Below are positions 13,887 to 29,249 of a stretch of 64,000 nt of DNA, in pieces. Under the pieces are notes generated by a model, which saw only the letters and a program-made list of their open reading frames with translations, did no database searches and was not told the DNA's origin. Made by a program: the position numbers and the translations under genes. This stretch comes from Octopus sinensis. Its lineage: Eukaryota. The first letter of the stretch is position 1; each line of letters begins with the position of its first letter. Location: assembly GCF_006345805.1 (NCBI RefSeq), contig NC_043012.1:31806001-31870000 (forward strand). The letters run 5' to 3'.

Positions 13887-14339
13887 GTGCTTTTATTGTT
13901 GTGTCTAAAACATTGCATAATTAATTATTGTGTTAATTAATTGATAAGGATTGGTGTTGATAACAAAAAATATGATTGTGGTGAAGATGGTGATAAAGTT
14001 GAGGACAGAAATGATGGTAACAACGGTGGGATTATAGTGGTGACCGTATTACTTTTGATGACCGGGAAATGAAAGTGGAAAAGAGAAGATGAACATTGTA
14101 TTAAGAGTAGACGTTTGTGTTGTTGTTCTTCATGGTGATGATGATGATGATGATGAAAATGACGACGGTGATGGGGATGATTATGATGATGACAGTGATT
14201 GTACTGATAGCAATGTTGATGAGGATTATGAGGTATGAGCTTGGTAGACTTCAGGGAATGATCATGGCATGTGCGATGTGATGGGGGTAAATCGTAATTC
14301 TTATACATTTTATATATGCACAGTGATGACTGCACTGTG

Positions 14340-14470
14340 AAAGATTTTCACTTTGCAATCGTTTGGTTCCGGGTTCGGACCCACTGCGCGGACCACTGCG
14401 CAAGTTTCTACTTGAACGTCGTCTTACAAATAAGCTGCGCGTGAATTTTGCGAGATGTAATGTTTGAGAT
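14340..14470 (+). mobile_element. Decayed SINE family A head
   Basis: ggttccgggttcggacccactgcg matches the head of the other copies; short internal duplication of ggac(c)cactgcgc. Confidence 0.6.
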
Positions 14471-15156
14471 AGCTTCATATACATATGTCTGTGATGCGTG
14501 TGTGTATGTGTGTATACATATGTATGTATGTGTATGTTTATCTGTAGTCATACACACACATACACATACGAATACCCGTGTATACGGTTATATATATAAG
14601 CGTGTATATGCGTATTCATATGTGTCTGTAAGTGTACCTGTTTATATTATCAGTTCTACAAAAATCGGAAAAAGCGCAACAAATACGAATGATAGAGCCG
14701 TCATATCTTTATGCATCATCGATCAGTACATTTCTTGTTATAGTATATACATGAGAATGTTAGCTGCAGGTTCACGCCAAATATTGCACTTAGTAAATAT
14801 AGACGACTCTTCATAGAAGTTGTCGTAGTGCAATATTCGGCGCCGCGAAATTGACGCTCACATTTGGCCATATAACGTACGACATATGACATAATCTGTA
14901 TTATGCTTCTCGACGATATTTATAGTCTTTAACTTGTTACAGTCATTGGACGGCAGCCCTGCTGGTGCATCAATTTCAAAAGCTTAGTTGAACATATAAA
15001 CCAGAGTATGTATGTCAGGCTGGTTTCTCGAGTTTTCAACACATAACTGTTGAACAAGTTGGTTACAGGTCATGAGAGTCTTAAACAGTATCGAATATTA
15101 ATATCTGTAAACGGGAGCACAAACTTAGACATGGAAACAGACTCAAACACACGCGT

Positions 15157-15168
15157 GTATATATATAT

Positions 15169-15217
<49 letters not shown>

Positions 15218-15312
15218 ATATATATATGTGTATATATATGTGTATATATATATATATGTGTATATATATATGTGTATATATATATATATATATTATATAT
15301 ATATGTATATTA

Positions 15313-15354
<42 letters not shown>

Positions 15355-15492
15355 TATAATATATATGTGTGTATATATATATGTGATATATATATATATA
15401 TATATATGTGTGTATATATATATGTGTATATATATAATATATATATATGTGTGTATATATATATGTATATATATATATATATGTGTGTATAT

Positions 15493-15530
<38 letters not shown>

Positions 15531-15548
15531 TATATATATGTGTATATA

Positions 15549-15591
<43 letters not shown>

Positions 15592-15593
15592 GT

Positions 15594-15625
<32 letters not shown>

Positions 15626-15720
15626 ATTATATATATATATGTGTGTATATATATATGTATATATATAATAATCTATACACACATATATACGTATATGTAT
15701 ATACATGTATGAATGTATGT
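15157..15720. repeat. (TA)n/(TG)n array downstream of the GPCR
   Basis: Directly visible. Confidence 0.95.
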
Positions 15721-15972
15721 ATGTATTCGCTAAGAAGCGGTGAACGGTACCAACATTTTAGATTCATGTCAAATGTAGATCATCCGCATAAGTCGAAACA
15801 AGACCCGCTGGTTCGTAATGACATCAATTTGTATTGGTCGTAATAATGAAATCTCACTAAATTGTGTTAGTTTGTAATCATCTCAGGTTTGTATAATGTA
15901 TTATAGGGAATGCATCTATTACGGAAATCTGAAATGTACATTTTGAATGATTTCAAAACAACACACACACAT

Positions 15973-16008
<36 letters not shown>

Positions 16009-16439
16009 GGATGCATATGAAGGTGTCACTGCAGTTTTAACCTCACTGAAAAATAAAAATTTGTGACTATCCTGATCATAAATTTTTAATGGTTCATCCA
16101 ATTTTACATCCTTGTACAAATTAATCAGAATACAAATTATATTTTTTTCTGCGTAAGAAGAGATAATTTGGTCATAGTTATATATTCCGATAGGGATTCA
16201 ACGAGGCATCTCAGTGATTCAACGTGAAATATATTAATAAATAGGTTAAGGATATGCAATGTAAATTTGGTAATTAATTTTTCGCTTTCATTTCTAAACT
16301 TCTCATTTTCTTTATACAACCAAACTTTAATCAAAATATTGACATGAATAACATAAGGTACCCCTACATAAGTAAAAAGCGAATTTAGAGGAAATTTCTT
16401 AACCCTACATTTTGGTGTCTTCAATATATGGCGCTTTAA

Positions 16440-16650
16440 TGAGGATCGATGGCAGATTCGTTAGCACGCTCGGTAAAATGCTTAGCGGCATTTCACCCGT
16501 CTTTACGATATGGGTTCATATGCCACTAGGGTCAACTTTGCCTTTCATCCTTTCAGAGTCGATAAGATAAGTATGACTTGAACACTAGGGATCGATATCA
16601 TCGACTTAGCAACGAAATTAGTGGCCTTGTCAAAATTTGAAACCAATATT
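16440..16650 (+). mobile_element. Decayed SINE with a family C-like head
   Basis: ggcagattcgttagcacgc...aatgcttagcggcatttc...ggtcaactttgcctttcatcc matches 49573-49740. Confidence 0.75.
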
Positions 16651-18466
16651 TGTAGTGGCACTGGAAAGTTTATGTAGAAAATTTTATTGTTCGTTCAATT
16701 TTGTACAAAATTTAAATTTATGAAGTTATGAAGTACATAGGCACACATAAACATATCATAATAATAATTTAATGTAGTGATTTACTTAGATATGCAAATA
16801 TTTATTTCAAGAGACGTACAAAAGTAAAACGTTTGGAGAAAACTGGCTTTTATTTATTTTAATCTTACAAAACCCACGATTGAATTGAAATGTCCAATAA
16901 ATGACGCATTATGAAACATTTATTAAGTTCTGTGAAATATAAGGTAGGTGTAGCTATAATCTTAGTTCGGTTGCATTAACTGTCACATTATAAAATTTTG
17001 CTTTGAATAGCGTAGTTATTTTACTAATAAAAAGAAAATGAATAAGCACCACTGCATTAAAAAGGATGAATCACCCTCATCATGCATGGAAACTAGTTAA
17101 AATTGTGCCAAGTACAGGAATATTAACAAAACGTTTTCTGACAGTGACAGGTATTTTGGGGGTAGCTATTTATAGGTCATTTTGGGGGGGATGCTGTGGA
17201 CTATATCCTCAGGCAAGGTCATGACTCCATCCAAGATAAAGACCTCACAATAAAACAGAAGAGTCCAATGTGTCAGCAAAAACTTTACTTCTCTTACCTT
17301 GACTCAACTAATGTTCATCACAGTTCACTCACAGTTTATCAACCGTATAAAGTGCAAGGTTGACGTGTCTCGCAATGCAAATAACAATGAACGAAGGTGA
17401 AAACCCTAGCCAATTGCCTTTAACGCTAACATACAAATATCACTGACTCCAAGTCCCTTGGGTCCTATGTTTGTGTTAAGATTACAGGTATCAAGGCTGT
17501 AGTGTCTGTAACAAGTTTCACACCTAGCAATCAAGATTTTTTTACGTTAACGAGAGTCGTTCTCTAGGACATATGCAGACAATACTTTTGTATATGAACC
17601 AGAAGCTAAGGCTATAAAGAAGCTTCAAGAAATTTTGTGAGGGCTCATAGAGGGGCACACAACCAGAGCGTAGATTTCTGGAGGTATTTCATTTACTCAC
17701 ACCACTTTTGAGGTCAACGATCTCTCTCACGCTGAGCATAGGTCATATCGGATGTTGTCTTTGACAATAGCATGTTTGTCATTGGGATACAACCTTAAAT
17801 TGAGAGCATAATCAAAGCTGATGGAAAACCGGTACTTTCCTGAGGCAACGGTGCGAAATGCATCTGTAATGCGTGTACTTGCTAAAAAAATATTTAATGA
17901 ACCCCTTTATCTCGAATACGCAGTTAAACAAAATGCATAAACAATTTCAACTGCGACTTTCTTTGTTTTTCATACAATGCAGAAATCTTCCTACATTAAT
18001 CTCTCAATCAGCAGAAGAAATGGCTTCTTATTTAAGAGTTTCCTAAAAGATGTGAAACTAATCAGCGCTTCATATTTTCCCTTCTCCTGGGCAGGTATAA
18101 ATGTTTCTATATACTTGCTTAAATTTTGCAACAGCAATTAAGTTATACATATGCATACATTCAATTTCAGAATATTTTATGAACTCAGCGTACTAGTTTG
18201 CCATGAATTGCAATGTTTTGAATATTACAAATATCATTTCAGCTAAGTTTTTTTTTTAATATGGATATTTATTAGCAATAAATCTCTTCCTCGTAAGGAA
18301 CAGTTACATGTTGTCCAACGAAGAGTGTGCGAAATATCTAATCTTGGAAATGAATTATCCAAAATATAAATCTGAAAAAATATAAGTGTGTAAATATTTG
18401 CTAATACCTACTTATAACTTGCAGTGACATTAAAATTCTTGGTATAACTGACATACATACATCAGG

Positions 18467-18561
<95 letters not shown>

Positions 18562-18939
18562 GATGGATAGTGGTACAGAACATTAAGTACTATTCAATAA
18601 TATTTTGAAACAACTGTATGCAACTTAAACTCTCGTAGTTTAAGTTGCTCTATGCAAGATAAACTTTTCATAACCCTAGGTTATTAACAACAACACGCAT
18701 GCACATACTTGATGTCCATATGCATAAATAAGAAAGTGTTTAGTAATATCAAGTAAGTTAATAAATACATTTTAAGCTGTGGAATTTATTACTTCCTCAA
18801 TTTATATAAACTCATAGAGGAAACTTTGTTTTTGGTTTCCCATAGATTTTCAAATAAGTTCAAGTTAATACTGCATTTGAATATCACCCAAGCAATATCT
18901 CAAACTAACGGTTTACCTATGCGGGGAATATTCGTTCAC

Positions 18940-18981
<42 letters not shown>

Positions 18982-19301
18982 AATCTATATATGTTCGTAT
19001 ACATATATATATACATACACACACGCACGCACGGATACACACTTGTGTATGTGTGTGTATATATGTGTATGTAGGTGTGCGTATATACATACATACATAC
19101 GTACATACACACATATATATGGGTGGATGTATTTAGATAGGTAGGTGTATATTACAGCATCCCAGAAATCATCTAGACACTTTTATGATGTAATCCAGCA
19201 TGGCTTCCGTCTAATAATCGATATCAATAGAAGTAAAATGGAGAATGATAATACGAATACATGCATGCATGCATACATACATACATACATAACATACATA
19301 C

Positions 19302-19357
<56 letters not shown>

Positions 19358-19360
<3 letters not shown>

Positions 19361-19789
19361 CGCAGGAGTGGCTTTGTGGTAAGTAGCTTGCTTACCAACC
19401 ACATTGTTCCTGCTTCATTCTCACTGAGCGGCACTTGGGCAAGTGTCTTCTACTATACCCTTGTGAGTGGATTTGGTAGACGGAAACTGGAAGAAGCTCG
19501 TCATATGTATATACATATATATATTCGTGTGTGTGTGTGTGTATGCTTGTGTGTGTGTGTGTGTATATGCTTGTGTGTCTGTGCTTGTCCCCCCACCATA
19601 GCTTGACAACCGATGCTGGTGTGTTTGCGTCCCGGTAACTTAGCGGTTCGGCAAAATAGACAGTTAGAATAAGTACTAGGTTTATAAAGAACAAGTCCTG
19701 GGGTCGATTTGCTCGACTAAAGGCGGTGCTCCAGCATGGCCGCACTCAAATGACTGAAAGAAGTAACAGAGTAAAAGAATAAAAGAATA
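19358..19789 (+). mobile_element. Composite SINE family A, near full length
   Basis: Head 19358-19502, (TA)/(TG) spacer, body 19576-19789 ending ggcggtgctccagcatggccgc...gactgaaa plus A-rich repeats; colinear with 37847-38242. Confidence 0.88.
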
Positions 19790-20863
19790 CACACATATAT
19801 GAACATGTATGTCTGTGTGTATGTGTGTGTGTGTATGTGTGTGTGTGGGTGTGTAGGTATGAATATGTGTATTCCTCTTTTGGTATGTACACTAGCGTCT
19901 GCATAGAAAAGCCAGTTACACCAAACAATGAAAGCATAAAAGAGTAAAATAAAAAAAGCAAACAAAATATTAAAACGAAACAATAAAATCAAAATGACAT
20001 CACGTTTCCATTGTAATTCTAATTATTGACTTTTATTGTATATATTTCATCGCTTTTCATGGAGTCGTGTTTTTATGAGTTCAAAATGCTTAACAGATTC
20101 ACAAGTATCGCTTTCATAACAGTGACGTATAACGAGTAAACCTTTATGAAAATGTAGCAAAACGTACTTATAGAAACGGTAGTGTGTCTGTGTGTACATA
20201 TATATATATATATATATATAATATATATACACGTATATGTATATATACACGTATATGTATATATGTATATGTATATATGTATCTGTATATATGCGTATGT
20301 ATATTTGCATGTGATTACATATGTGCATGCATGCACGTACATTTGTATTTATTTGCATTCCTTTGGAATTCATGCATTTTCAGTCGCTACTCTAACTTTC
20401 TCATTTATCATTTTGATTGTACTTTGTCCATGATTCTGGAAATTCAGGATGGTTCGTAATAACCGACATGACAGCGGAACAAATAGCAATCTTCAGATTC
20501 CTGGACAATCCATTTAACTGTCTTCTTGGTGGACAAAAAGGAAAAGGTATTATCACTTTGATTTGGTGTATTATAAGATGCTGCGAAAAAAATTCGTTAA
20601 ATCCACAGAATATAGTAATTGTTTTCTAAGTTGACATTTTGTAAAATGCTCTGCTCACTTTGAATAAAAACGAATACTCCTTCCTCTCTGTGTCCAAGGA
20701 TACATTATTCGACCAATGTTTTGAAGACTGCTATCTGTTTGGTATCAGATCTTTTGATGATATAGTTAGTCAGATAGATTAATAAGTTTCTAGAAATGCT
20801 TTTAGATTCGTACTAAAATGTGGTTTCTTCTTTTTGATTTGTTCAAGAAATATATTCCTTCCG

Positions 20864-20922
<59 letters not shown>

Positions 20923-21566
20923 TCAAAATATCATGAAAGGAGATGTAAACCGCAATGAAAAGCACCAGATACGGCCAATGTTTTATTCTTTCTCTCCTTC
21001 TTCCTTTCCTTCTCTTTTTCTTTAACGCTCTTTCAGATACAAGCACACACACACACACACACACGAACACACGCGCACATACACATACACACTCTCTCAT
21101 AAGACAATGAGAAAAAGGAAATCCAGACAATTTTTGAAAAGTGACATTTTGCGCCCCTTGGAGTGACCAGCTGGGTTTGCCATTGCTAAAAGCCAAGAAT
21201 CACTTACTATTGAAAGACTAATCATCTGCAAAGATAACAACAAATTTTTTTATTGTTTCTCTCCTTCTTTCTTTCCTTTTTTTTTTCTTTAACACTTATT
21301 TCAGATACAAACACCTACACACAAACACCCACACGCTCTCTCTCACTTTCTTCCTCACCCTCTTGCACTATCTTATATCTATCCTCTCCCTACACACGCA
21401 ATAATACTATAAAAAGATTCAAAATTCCTGCAAAAGTTCAATTTGAGAACTCCACTAGAGTGGACGAAAGCGCTGATATATGATATATGATTTATAAAAA
21501 CATGTAACATACTAAAAAATATCTGTAAATATAAAACCATCCAGATTTCTTCTAATATGTATGTAC

Positions 21567-21615
<49 letters not shown>

Positions 21616-21636
21616 ATATAATATATATATATATAT

Positions 21637-22810
21637 ACCAAAATATCACGAAAGGATATGTAAACCGCAATGAAAAGCACCAGATACGGTCAAACCGTGA
21701 CAATAACAATGCTTGTGATATAGGTAACACCATAACAGCGTCGGAAAATGAAATTAGAACTGCGATATATACAAATAAATATAATAAATGTTCATGCAAA
21801 GAAAAATCAAGATGAACCTCTGTATGAATAGTGATCTTGTATATCAATGTACCGTGTACACAAAGGCAGGCCCGGATGTTTACGTTGGGGCAACGTCTGA
21901 TACATTCAAGAATCGTTATCGCAACCATGTCGCCAGCTTTAAGAAAATCATTAAGAATCATTCAAGATCTTTGGTTGAATTTGTGTAGCGACTTAAGGAA
22001 GATAAAATTATGTTTAAGATAACTGGGTCCAAAGTAAAGTACGCTAAACTATATAATATCCTTTCCATGAGATACTGACTCTATTCCGAGGACTCCCAGT
22101 CTATTCTGTGAAGCAATGAGAAGATCATTTATACAATTTCCGAAAGACTCTCAAGGCGCCTGCATACATATAAATACACTTTCGTACAATGCAGTGAGAA
22201 TGAATTGGATAATTGTTAACCTGGTTAATAATGATAATTTACCTTAAGCTAAGGATGAATTAAATTTAGGTCTAACCTCATCATTCATATAAACATGAAA
22301 TAGCTATTTAATTCGCCGTGTAAATGTATGTGCGCCAAACAATACTCGTGCGTATGCTTACATCTTCGTGGATGCTTGTATGAGCAAGTTTACATACGCC
22401 ATACAGCCTACGCGTGTGCGTTCATACATCCATATCCGTTAACGGTTATATTTAATACTTTTTCGCTGTATTGCGTGTTCGTTTCTTATTTTATATCTGC
22501 TATTTTTTCCATTATTGATTTTCTATATAAATGAAGCTATATTCTTTAATTTGCTGTTTTTCTTTACGCGAACTGAGAGGATACGTTGCAGAAATGTTAA
22601 TTCAACGGGTTATATCTATTTATTACCCGAAGAGACACATTTGCAGCATCCCACCCGTGAGGGATCGATGCTAGATGTATCGAAACAATTGTAGTGATTA
22701 ATAAAAATTCTCTTATCTTCAATCTTCCGTCTCTCATTAACTAAAAATAATGAACACTGTGAAAGTGAACGTGCTTTATCAGGAACCTACCAGGTAAAAA
22801 CCATTCGTTT

Positions 22811-22820
<10 letters not shown>
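21637..22820 (+). mobile_element. 5'-truncated Penelope-like retroelement with a decayed GIY-YIG endonuclease and 3' pLTR-like region
   Basis: NKCSCKEK, then LCMNSDLVYQCTV..VYVGATSDTFKNRYRNHVASF; read-through *RLKEDKIMFKITG..AKLY..RY*LYSE..IL..SE..RLH..K..F fits the PLE GIY-YIG C-terminus; flanked by (TA)n and (TATC)n. Confidence 0.85.
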
Positions 22821-22891
<71 letters not shown>

Positions 22892-23223
22892 AATGTCTGT
22901 CTGTATGTCTATCTGTCTATCTATATAGATATACATATATATATAATATATATATATATAACTTTAGATTCTGGTGATGATGGGGGACAAAATACGTTAT
23001 TAATTAATTGATTAATTAATTATGCGTGCAAACAAATGTATAGTGTTGAAAGGGTTACTCTACGTATTCGGAGCTTCTGTAATCTTTCCTTTTACGTCTT
23101 CACATATTTCGTTCAATTGCTACACAGGCAGAGCTACGCATGCGCACACGTACACTCGCATATATATTTGTATGTGTGCGTGTTTGTGTGTGTGAGTGTG
23201 TGAGTGTGTGTGTATGTGTGTGT

Positions 23224-23265
<42 letters not shown>

Positions 23266-24518
23266 GCGCGTGTGTGTATGCATGTGTATGTTTGAAAATG
23301 TGTGTATATGAGATGAAAGAAAAATATATGAAATAAACGATATATTTGTTGGTGTGTTTGCGAAAGCTCTCCAGATGCTGGAGATGTGAACATTCATTTT
23401 AAACTTGCTCGCTAGAGTGTGAAAAGCGAATGTTCACTTTGCTCTTTTATACAAATGGGAGCAGAAGTTTCGACATTTATAATTGAAGCTGTGGTACAAT
23501 TGTCCGTGGCACCTGGATGTCCTCCGACAAATATAAATTTCTTGAACAAGTGTTCAACTTCAACATTTGTAGCTCAGTGATCTTCAGAATGGACATGGTA
23601 GTTAGAAGAAACAATGCAGAATGCATACATATTCTTGGCGTTTGGACTGGGTGAGGCGTTTAATTATAAACCTGGAATGTGAGGCATAAAGCTTTCGAAA
23701 TAGTCTTGGCTCTCATGTCCTTATTCAAATATAGACTAATTATTGTGTGAGGATGTTTAGAATATATAGCAATGGACCCTTGAATTGAAAGTTAAGCACG
23801 CATAATCAGTAGTGTTACCAGTATTTGCCTTGTAGGAATTTGCAAACATTACCTCAATCTATCGAAGGAAGAATGAATTAAAGATTAGAGAAAACTGTTG
23901 AATACCGATTTGATAATGTGAGAGATCCATCTACAGATCGATATATCGACATAATGCAGAGTACTAAAAAGATTACAGTTGAAGAAATAAGATTTGTATG
24001 AAACCATTCTATTGACACACACAAACACACAAAAAGAGAATGAAATATTTTCCTGCAGTCAATTGCTACCGACCGATGATCTCAAGTGGGAATGTCTTCC
24101 GGTGACTGAAAACTTAGTGCGTGATCAGGTCGTTATGACTCTCATGAAGGTGTAACGGTAGCCAATGCGCATTAAAGAAATTTTAGAAGTAAGAAAAATA
24201 ACCTGGTAATTAGAAGGGACAGAAGTAGAAATTCGAACATGTATTACTGCACCTGCAACGATCTGAACGTTCAACGACTGGTCAAGGACATACATCATGT
24301 CTTAAATTACAATTAACATTAACTTGCGATGAAGTGAAGAAAAATGATACAGAGATACAATACCTAAAGGAAGAGATGGAATTCAAGCATGTTGAAGTGT
24401 GTGAGAAAATTCTAAGCAGAAAGAAAGGTGAACATGCTGAAGATTTCAGTAACATATTGAGAGGGGGAGAACTAAGCGCTCGGAGAGAAAAGGAGATGAC
24501 AATGAAGAATCGATTTAA

Positions 24519-24738
24519 CACTTTCATTACCAATCTGGCTGAAACTGGCTTTGGTTCTGTAGTACAAATGTCTTGTTTTCAAAAGTTTTGAATTAAGGTC
24601 TTCCCCAAATCTTACTCACAATTCATGTTCCTAACGCCAGCTTAATTATAAGTAAGTTATTTTACTAAATTCTTTGTTATATTTAAAATAGTTGAAAGAA
24701 ACTCAGAGCATCTCAAAATAAATACAGTAACGAAAGGG
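24519..24738. mobile_element. piggyBac-like MITE
   Basis: TTAA|cactttcattac ... gtaacgaaaggg|TTAA: 12-bp imperfect TIRs with TTAA duplication. Confidence 0.75.
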
Positions 24739-25079
24739 TTAAACTACTTAATGTTACCGTTGGAGACTAGTTTGGAATTATGACATGATTCTGAATAGTG
24801 AAAGGTTGTATGTACTAGTGTACTGAAAAGATGTAAGTTCCTTGTTGATTATGTCTTGTGTAAATTTGTGCAAGCATTTGAGCCAATGCAGGTATCGTGA
24901 TGAGTGAAGAAAATTGTGTATCAATCATTGATCTTAATTAAACGAAGGGAATTTGCAGGGGTGGCGTGCGGGTAATGTAGCAAGTAAAGGTGAAACATTG
25001 GTAGAAAGATGCGAACGGGTTATGTATGTATGTATGTATGTATGTATGTATGTATGTATGTATGTATTTATGTATGTGT

Positions 25080-26560
25080 GTCTGTGTGTAGTGACCTGCT
25101 TAGAAGGTCAAATATGGGCGTTAGAATAGGTATTGTAAATGTTTTGTGGATGAACATATTTTTAAAAACTCTCTTAAAGGCTTCATTCCCTGTTTCTTTT
25201 ATTAATAGAGCAATCGTTGCTGCTATTGTCATCCAATCTAACACAGTTCTAGCTTTGACGAGAAAGCAAACGCTATAACTTTATTTCGTTCGTGTTTCAT
25301 GTCTGTAAGGAGGGTAAAATTTCCCTATCTTTTGACACAAAAATAAATAAATAAATAAATAAATGCTCGTTTGCTGTCACTAAATTTCTTGCCAATTTTG
25401 TCACAAAGTTGGGTTATGAAATTCAGTTACTTTTTGATGTGGCAAATGTTTGGCCCATTCTGTTTGAGGTAATCAACAAAGAAAACGTGAAAGGTATTAT
25501 TGGACCTTCTTCTATAATTGATATGATTTGTGATCAGGTATGGCAGAAAAAATGCGCAATACTGGCAAGCTATCTCAAAAAATGGTTGCACATTTGGTAG
25601 TGGACTATATCAAAATTGATGCGCCACTAAAAAGTAGGGAGGTAAACCAGTGTTTCGTTAGCGGATAAACTACAGAAGCCATTAGTGACGCGATTTCGAC
25701 TAACTGCAATGCTTTGATAATCCATACAGGTATATTATTAATGTCATTTTGTGAGACAAACCACTCCATTGTTATGTTTCTGCTCTTATTTATAACATTT
25801 TCCTGCTTCATTTTATTAAGTAGTAGATGTTTATTGTAGGCCTACGCCCCATTCTATCCCCCAACTTTTTCAAGAGTTATAGTATTGTTTGTTGTGCAAT
25901 GATTCTGTAAAAACGATTGAGGCACTTAGCGCACATTTCACACATGATTTTTTAGCAGTCAGTAAGTTTTAGCTTGGATGGTTTGGCAATTTTGGAAGAT
26001 GAGAAAGGTAGTGGTTGGTGATAGCCATGTGGGTTCGTTTAACATGCCCTTGATAGTTTTCTCATACAGTGTTATTACGTCTAACCGATCAAATTTGAGA
26101 TTCTTGAACTAATATCTTGTACAAATATCAGGACCGGGGGTGTTTCCTGTTCAGTAAATTTTCGGAAATATTTCTAGTACCGCATCATCGATTTTGTTCA
26201 ACATGCTCGCAGGATTTCTGTTCTCATTAGTTTATCGTTGCTTTCCCATACTGATCTTCAATGACTTTTAAGTAATTTTGTTGATGAAAGTTTTTTTTTA
26301 ATATATATTTATATAATACTGTGTTGCATTTGCGTTCTGTTTAACTCTGTAGATATACATTTTAATTTCTCAGCTATAGCTGTTAATTACTCTTTTTACC
26401 TGATTAAGTTTGGAATTGAAGGTTTTAGTTTTCAGTCTACAAACAGCTTTCATACTTTGACTTATAACGGTTTCTTTTATTGATAGTGTTGTACTATATA
26501 CCTAAAGTGATATGCAAGATGCTTCTGCATAGAGACAAAATTTTTCAAGTTGTGAGCCCA
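25080..26560 (-). pseudogene. Highly decayed R4-like LINE reverse transcriptase
   Basis: Minus frames give PGPD, PTWLSPTTTFLI and KHLLLNKM..E..NKSRNITMEW....NNIPVWIIKAL, resembling QLLINK..RNL..AWIDY.KAFDSVPH.WI of R4-clade RT; boundaries approximate. Confidence 0.55.
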
Positions 26561-27014
26561 ACTCGGCTCCGGATATATACCTCGCTCCGTATTGTGCAGT
26601 ACCATCTCCTTCCAGTTGGCTATCAATATTACAATTTATAATTACGTACGTAGATTCTAATTCAATAAACATTAGATTGATCCTAAATATTTTATTAGGA
26701 ATTTTTAAATACTTGTTTTAAATTGTGTGTCTTTAAAAGTAATGTTTTGAATCTACTGCAACATCGAGCCAAGACGAGTGTATGTATTATTTATGTCACT
26801 GCTTATTGAATTTATAATTTCAGTGTATATTGTAGGTGTTGTCACGATTTCGGTGAAGAAGACATATGTGTGTAGCCATGATGATTTCTCTGTCCATTCA
26901 ATTTCAATATATATTTAATACTTGTATGCATATTCCTGCATGTATGTATACATTTATATGGGAATGAACACTTATATTAAAATACATAATTATATATATA
27001 TATACATGTGCATG

Positions 27015-27407
<393 letters not shown>

Positions 27408-29249
27408 TGTATGTATGTATGTGTGTATGTATGTATGTATGTATGTATGTATGTATGTATGTATGTATGTATGTATGTATGTATGTATGTATGTATGTAT
27501 GGCCTGTCATATCTACTCAGATTTAGCAGGATATTGCGTTTTCAAAACATTTCTCTCCATTTTCGATGAAACGAACGAATCTGTGTTGTTTCGGAATGTT
27601 TTATAGACGTCGGTTTTAGGGATAGTTGCATTTCTCTTAGTAAATTTTTTTCAACCTTTTCTCTCGTCTAAAATTGGTGTCCTGTCATGGTCGATTCCAT
27701 ATTTGGCATTAAAGATAAGTCCATTGGAGCCATATCTGGAGAATAGAACCGTTGGGTATTGAGAATCGTCTCCAGCTTTGCCAAAAAGTAATGGATCAGA
27801 AATAAGGGATAAGCAAGTATATTGTCGAGTTGCAGACATCCAGGTGTTGCTTGTACGTGACTCTACGGTTATATTCCGCACTGCCTTTCTCAAATGTAGA
27901 ATTCGGCAACAATTTTCTCTAATCCCATCCTGCACATTGAAAATTGATCCTCTTACGTTCTCATAGAAGGTCGTCTATATTTGGGATAGTTTTCAGTGAA
28001 TATTGTTGGTTTGAAACACTGCTACTACATTTGTCATTGTGTGCGTATCAAGAGATATTCTATATAGACTTGTTACAACATTAGAAAGTTGCGCTTGAAT
28101 ATTTCTATCACTATTTCATCCTGACGTGTACCTCCACAGGTCCTTCATCGTTCACTTTGTGACTAATTGTCAAGCACATTAAAAGTACGTTCACACTAGT
28201 ACCACTTTGTTCTGCAGGGCATAACTCTAACGTCCTTGACATACTACGTCAAGTGGATGGTGCGTTGTTTCAAAAGTTCGGTTTCTTTTAAGAACTTGCT
28301 CAACATTTATATTTATATCTATATCTATGTATGTATTTCTATATCAATGAGTTCGTGTGCATATACGCACACCCACACATTCACACACATAACATATATA
28401 TATATGTTTGTGTGTGCCTATATTCGTGTATGTATGTGTATATTTATGTATGTATATATATATGTGTGTGTCATTGTATTTGATAATCATATAGCTATAT
28501 ATATTCATGTATGTGTTGGTTGTGAGCACTTTTAACTTTGGTATTTTTGCAGTCGTTTATGTGTATATATATGTCCACATATTTGAAACTGTGGCCCTTA
28601 CATCTGAATGTATATGAATATGGGGACACGCATAATGCGTTTCTGGTTATATACATAATATGTACATTGAAGTTAATTTTAGGTCTAGTTGAGTCAGAGC
28701 ATGTGTGCGTGCATGCCTGTTTCTGTGTGCTTGTGCATTATCGGGCCCATACTATCTTTGTTAATTAATCAAATTAGAGCATAGATCAAATTGTATCTGG
28801 TAAGAGGTAGCTCAAGGCGAGGAAACTTCCAGTTTATGTCCCAATATACACACACCTAGTCTTCTCCATCCACTTTGACAATTGTAGTGTTTCATCGATT
28901 CCACCCTCTTTCAGGAGACGTCTATGTGTTTATCGTTAACACTGAAATGCACATTAGTTGTGAACAGGGTCAGTTAGAAAAAAAAACTGAAGCAAAATAA
29001 ACTCTGTAAACATGTTAATAAAGAATCTAAAACACTCTAAGTCTTGACGTATTGAGTAGTTTATTCTGTTTGTGTAAATGTTGGTCTGACGAACAAATAC
29101 ACTTCAATGCACCTCGCATACACACACACAAACGCACGTATATGTATATATATATATATATATATACACATACATGCATATATATGTGTATATAAACATA
29201 CATACATACATACATATATATATATTATATATATATATATATATACACT

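Noticed and set aside
13937-14335. His-rich antisense ORF
   Set aside because: Product of (GAT)n-rich sequence in the likely 3' UTR
23400-24515. Coding-like sequence including ORF 24334-24591
   Set aside because: No recognisable motif, many stops, and the ORF runs into a MITE
27620-28300. Possible second GIY-YIG/PLE relic on the minus strand
   Set aside because: Only faint motif echoes with several stops; needs a profile search
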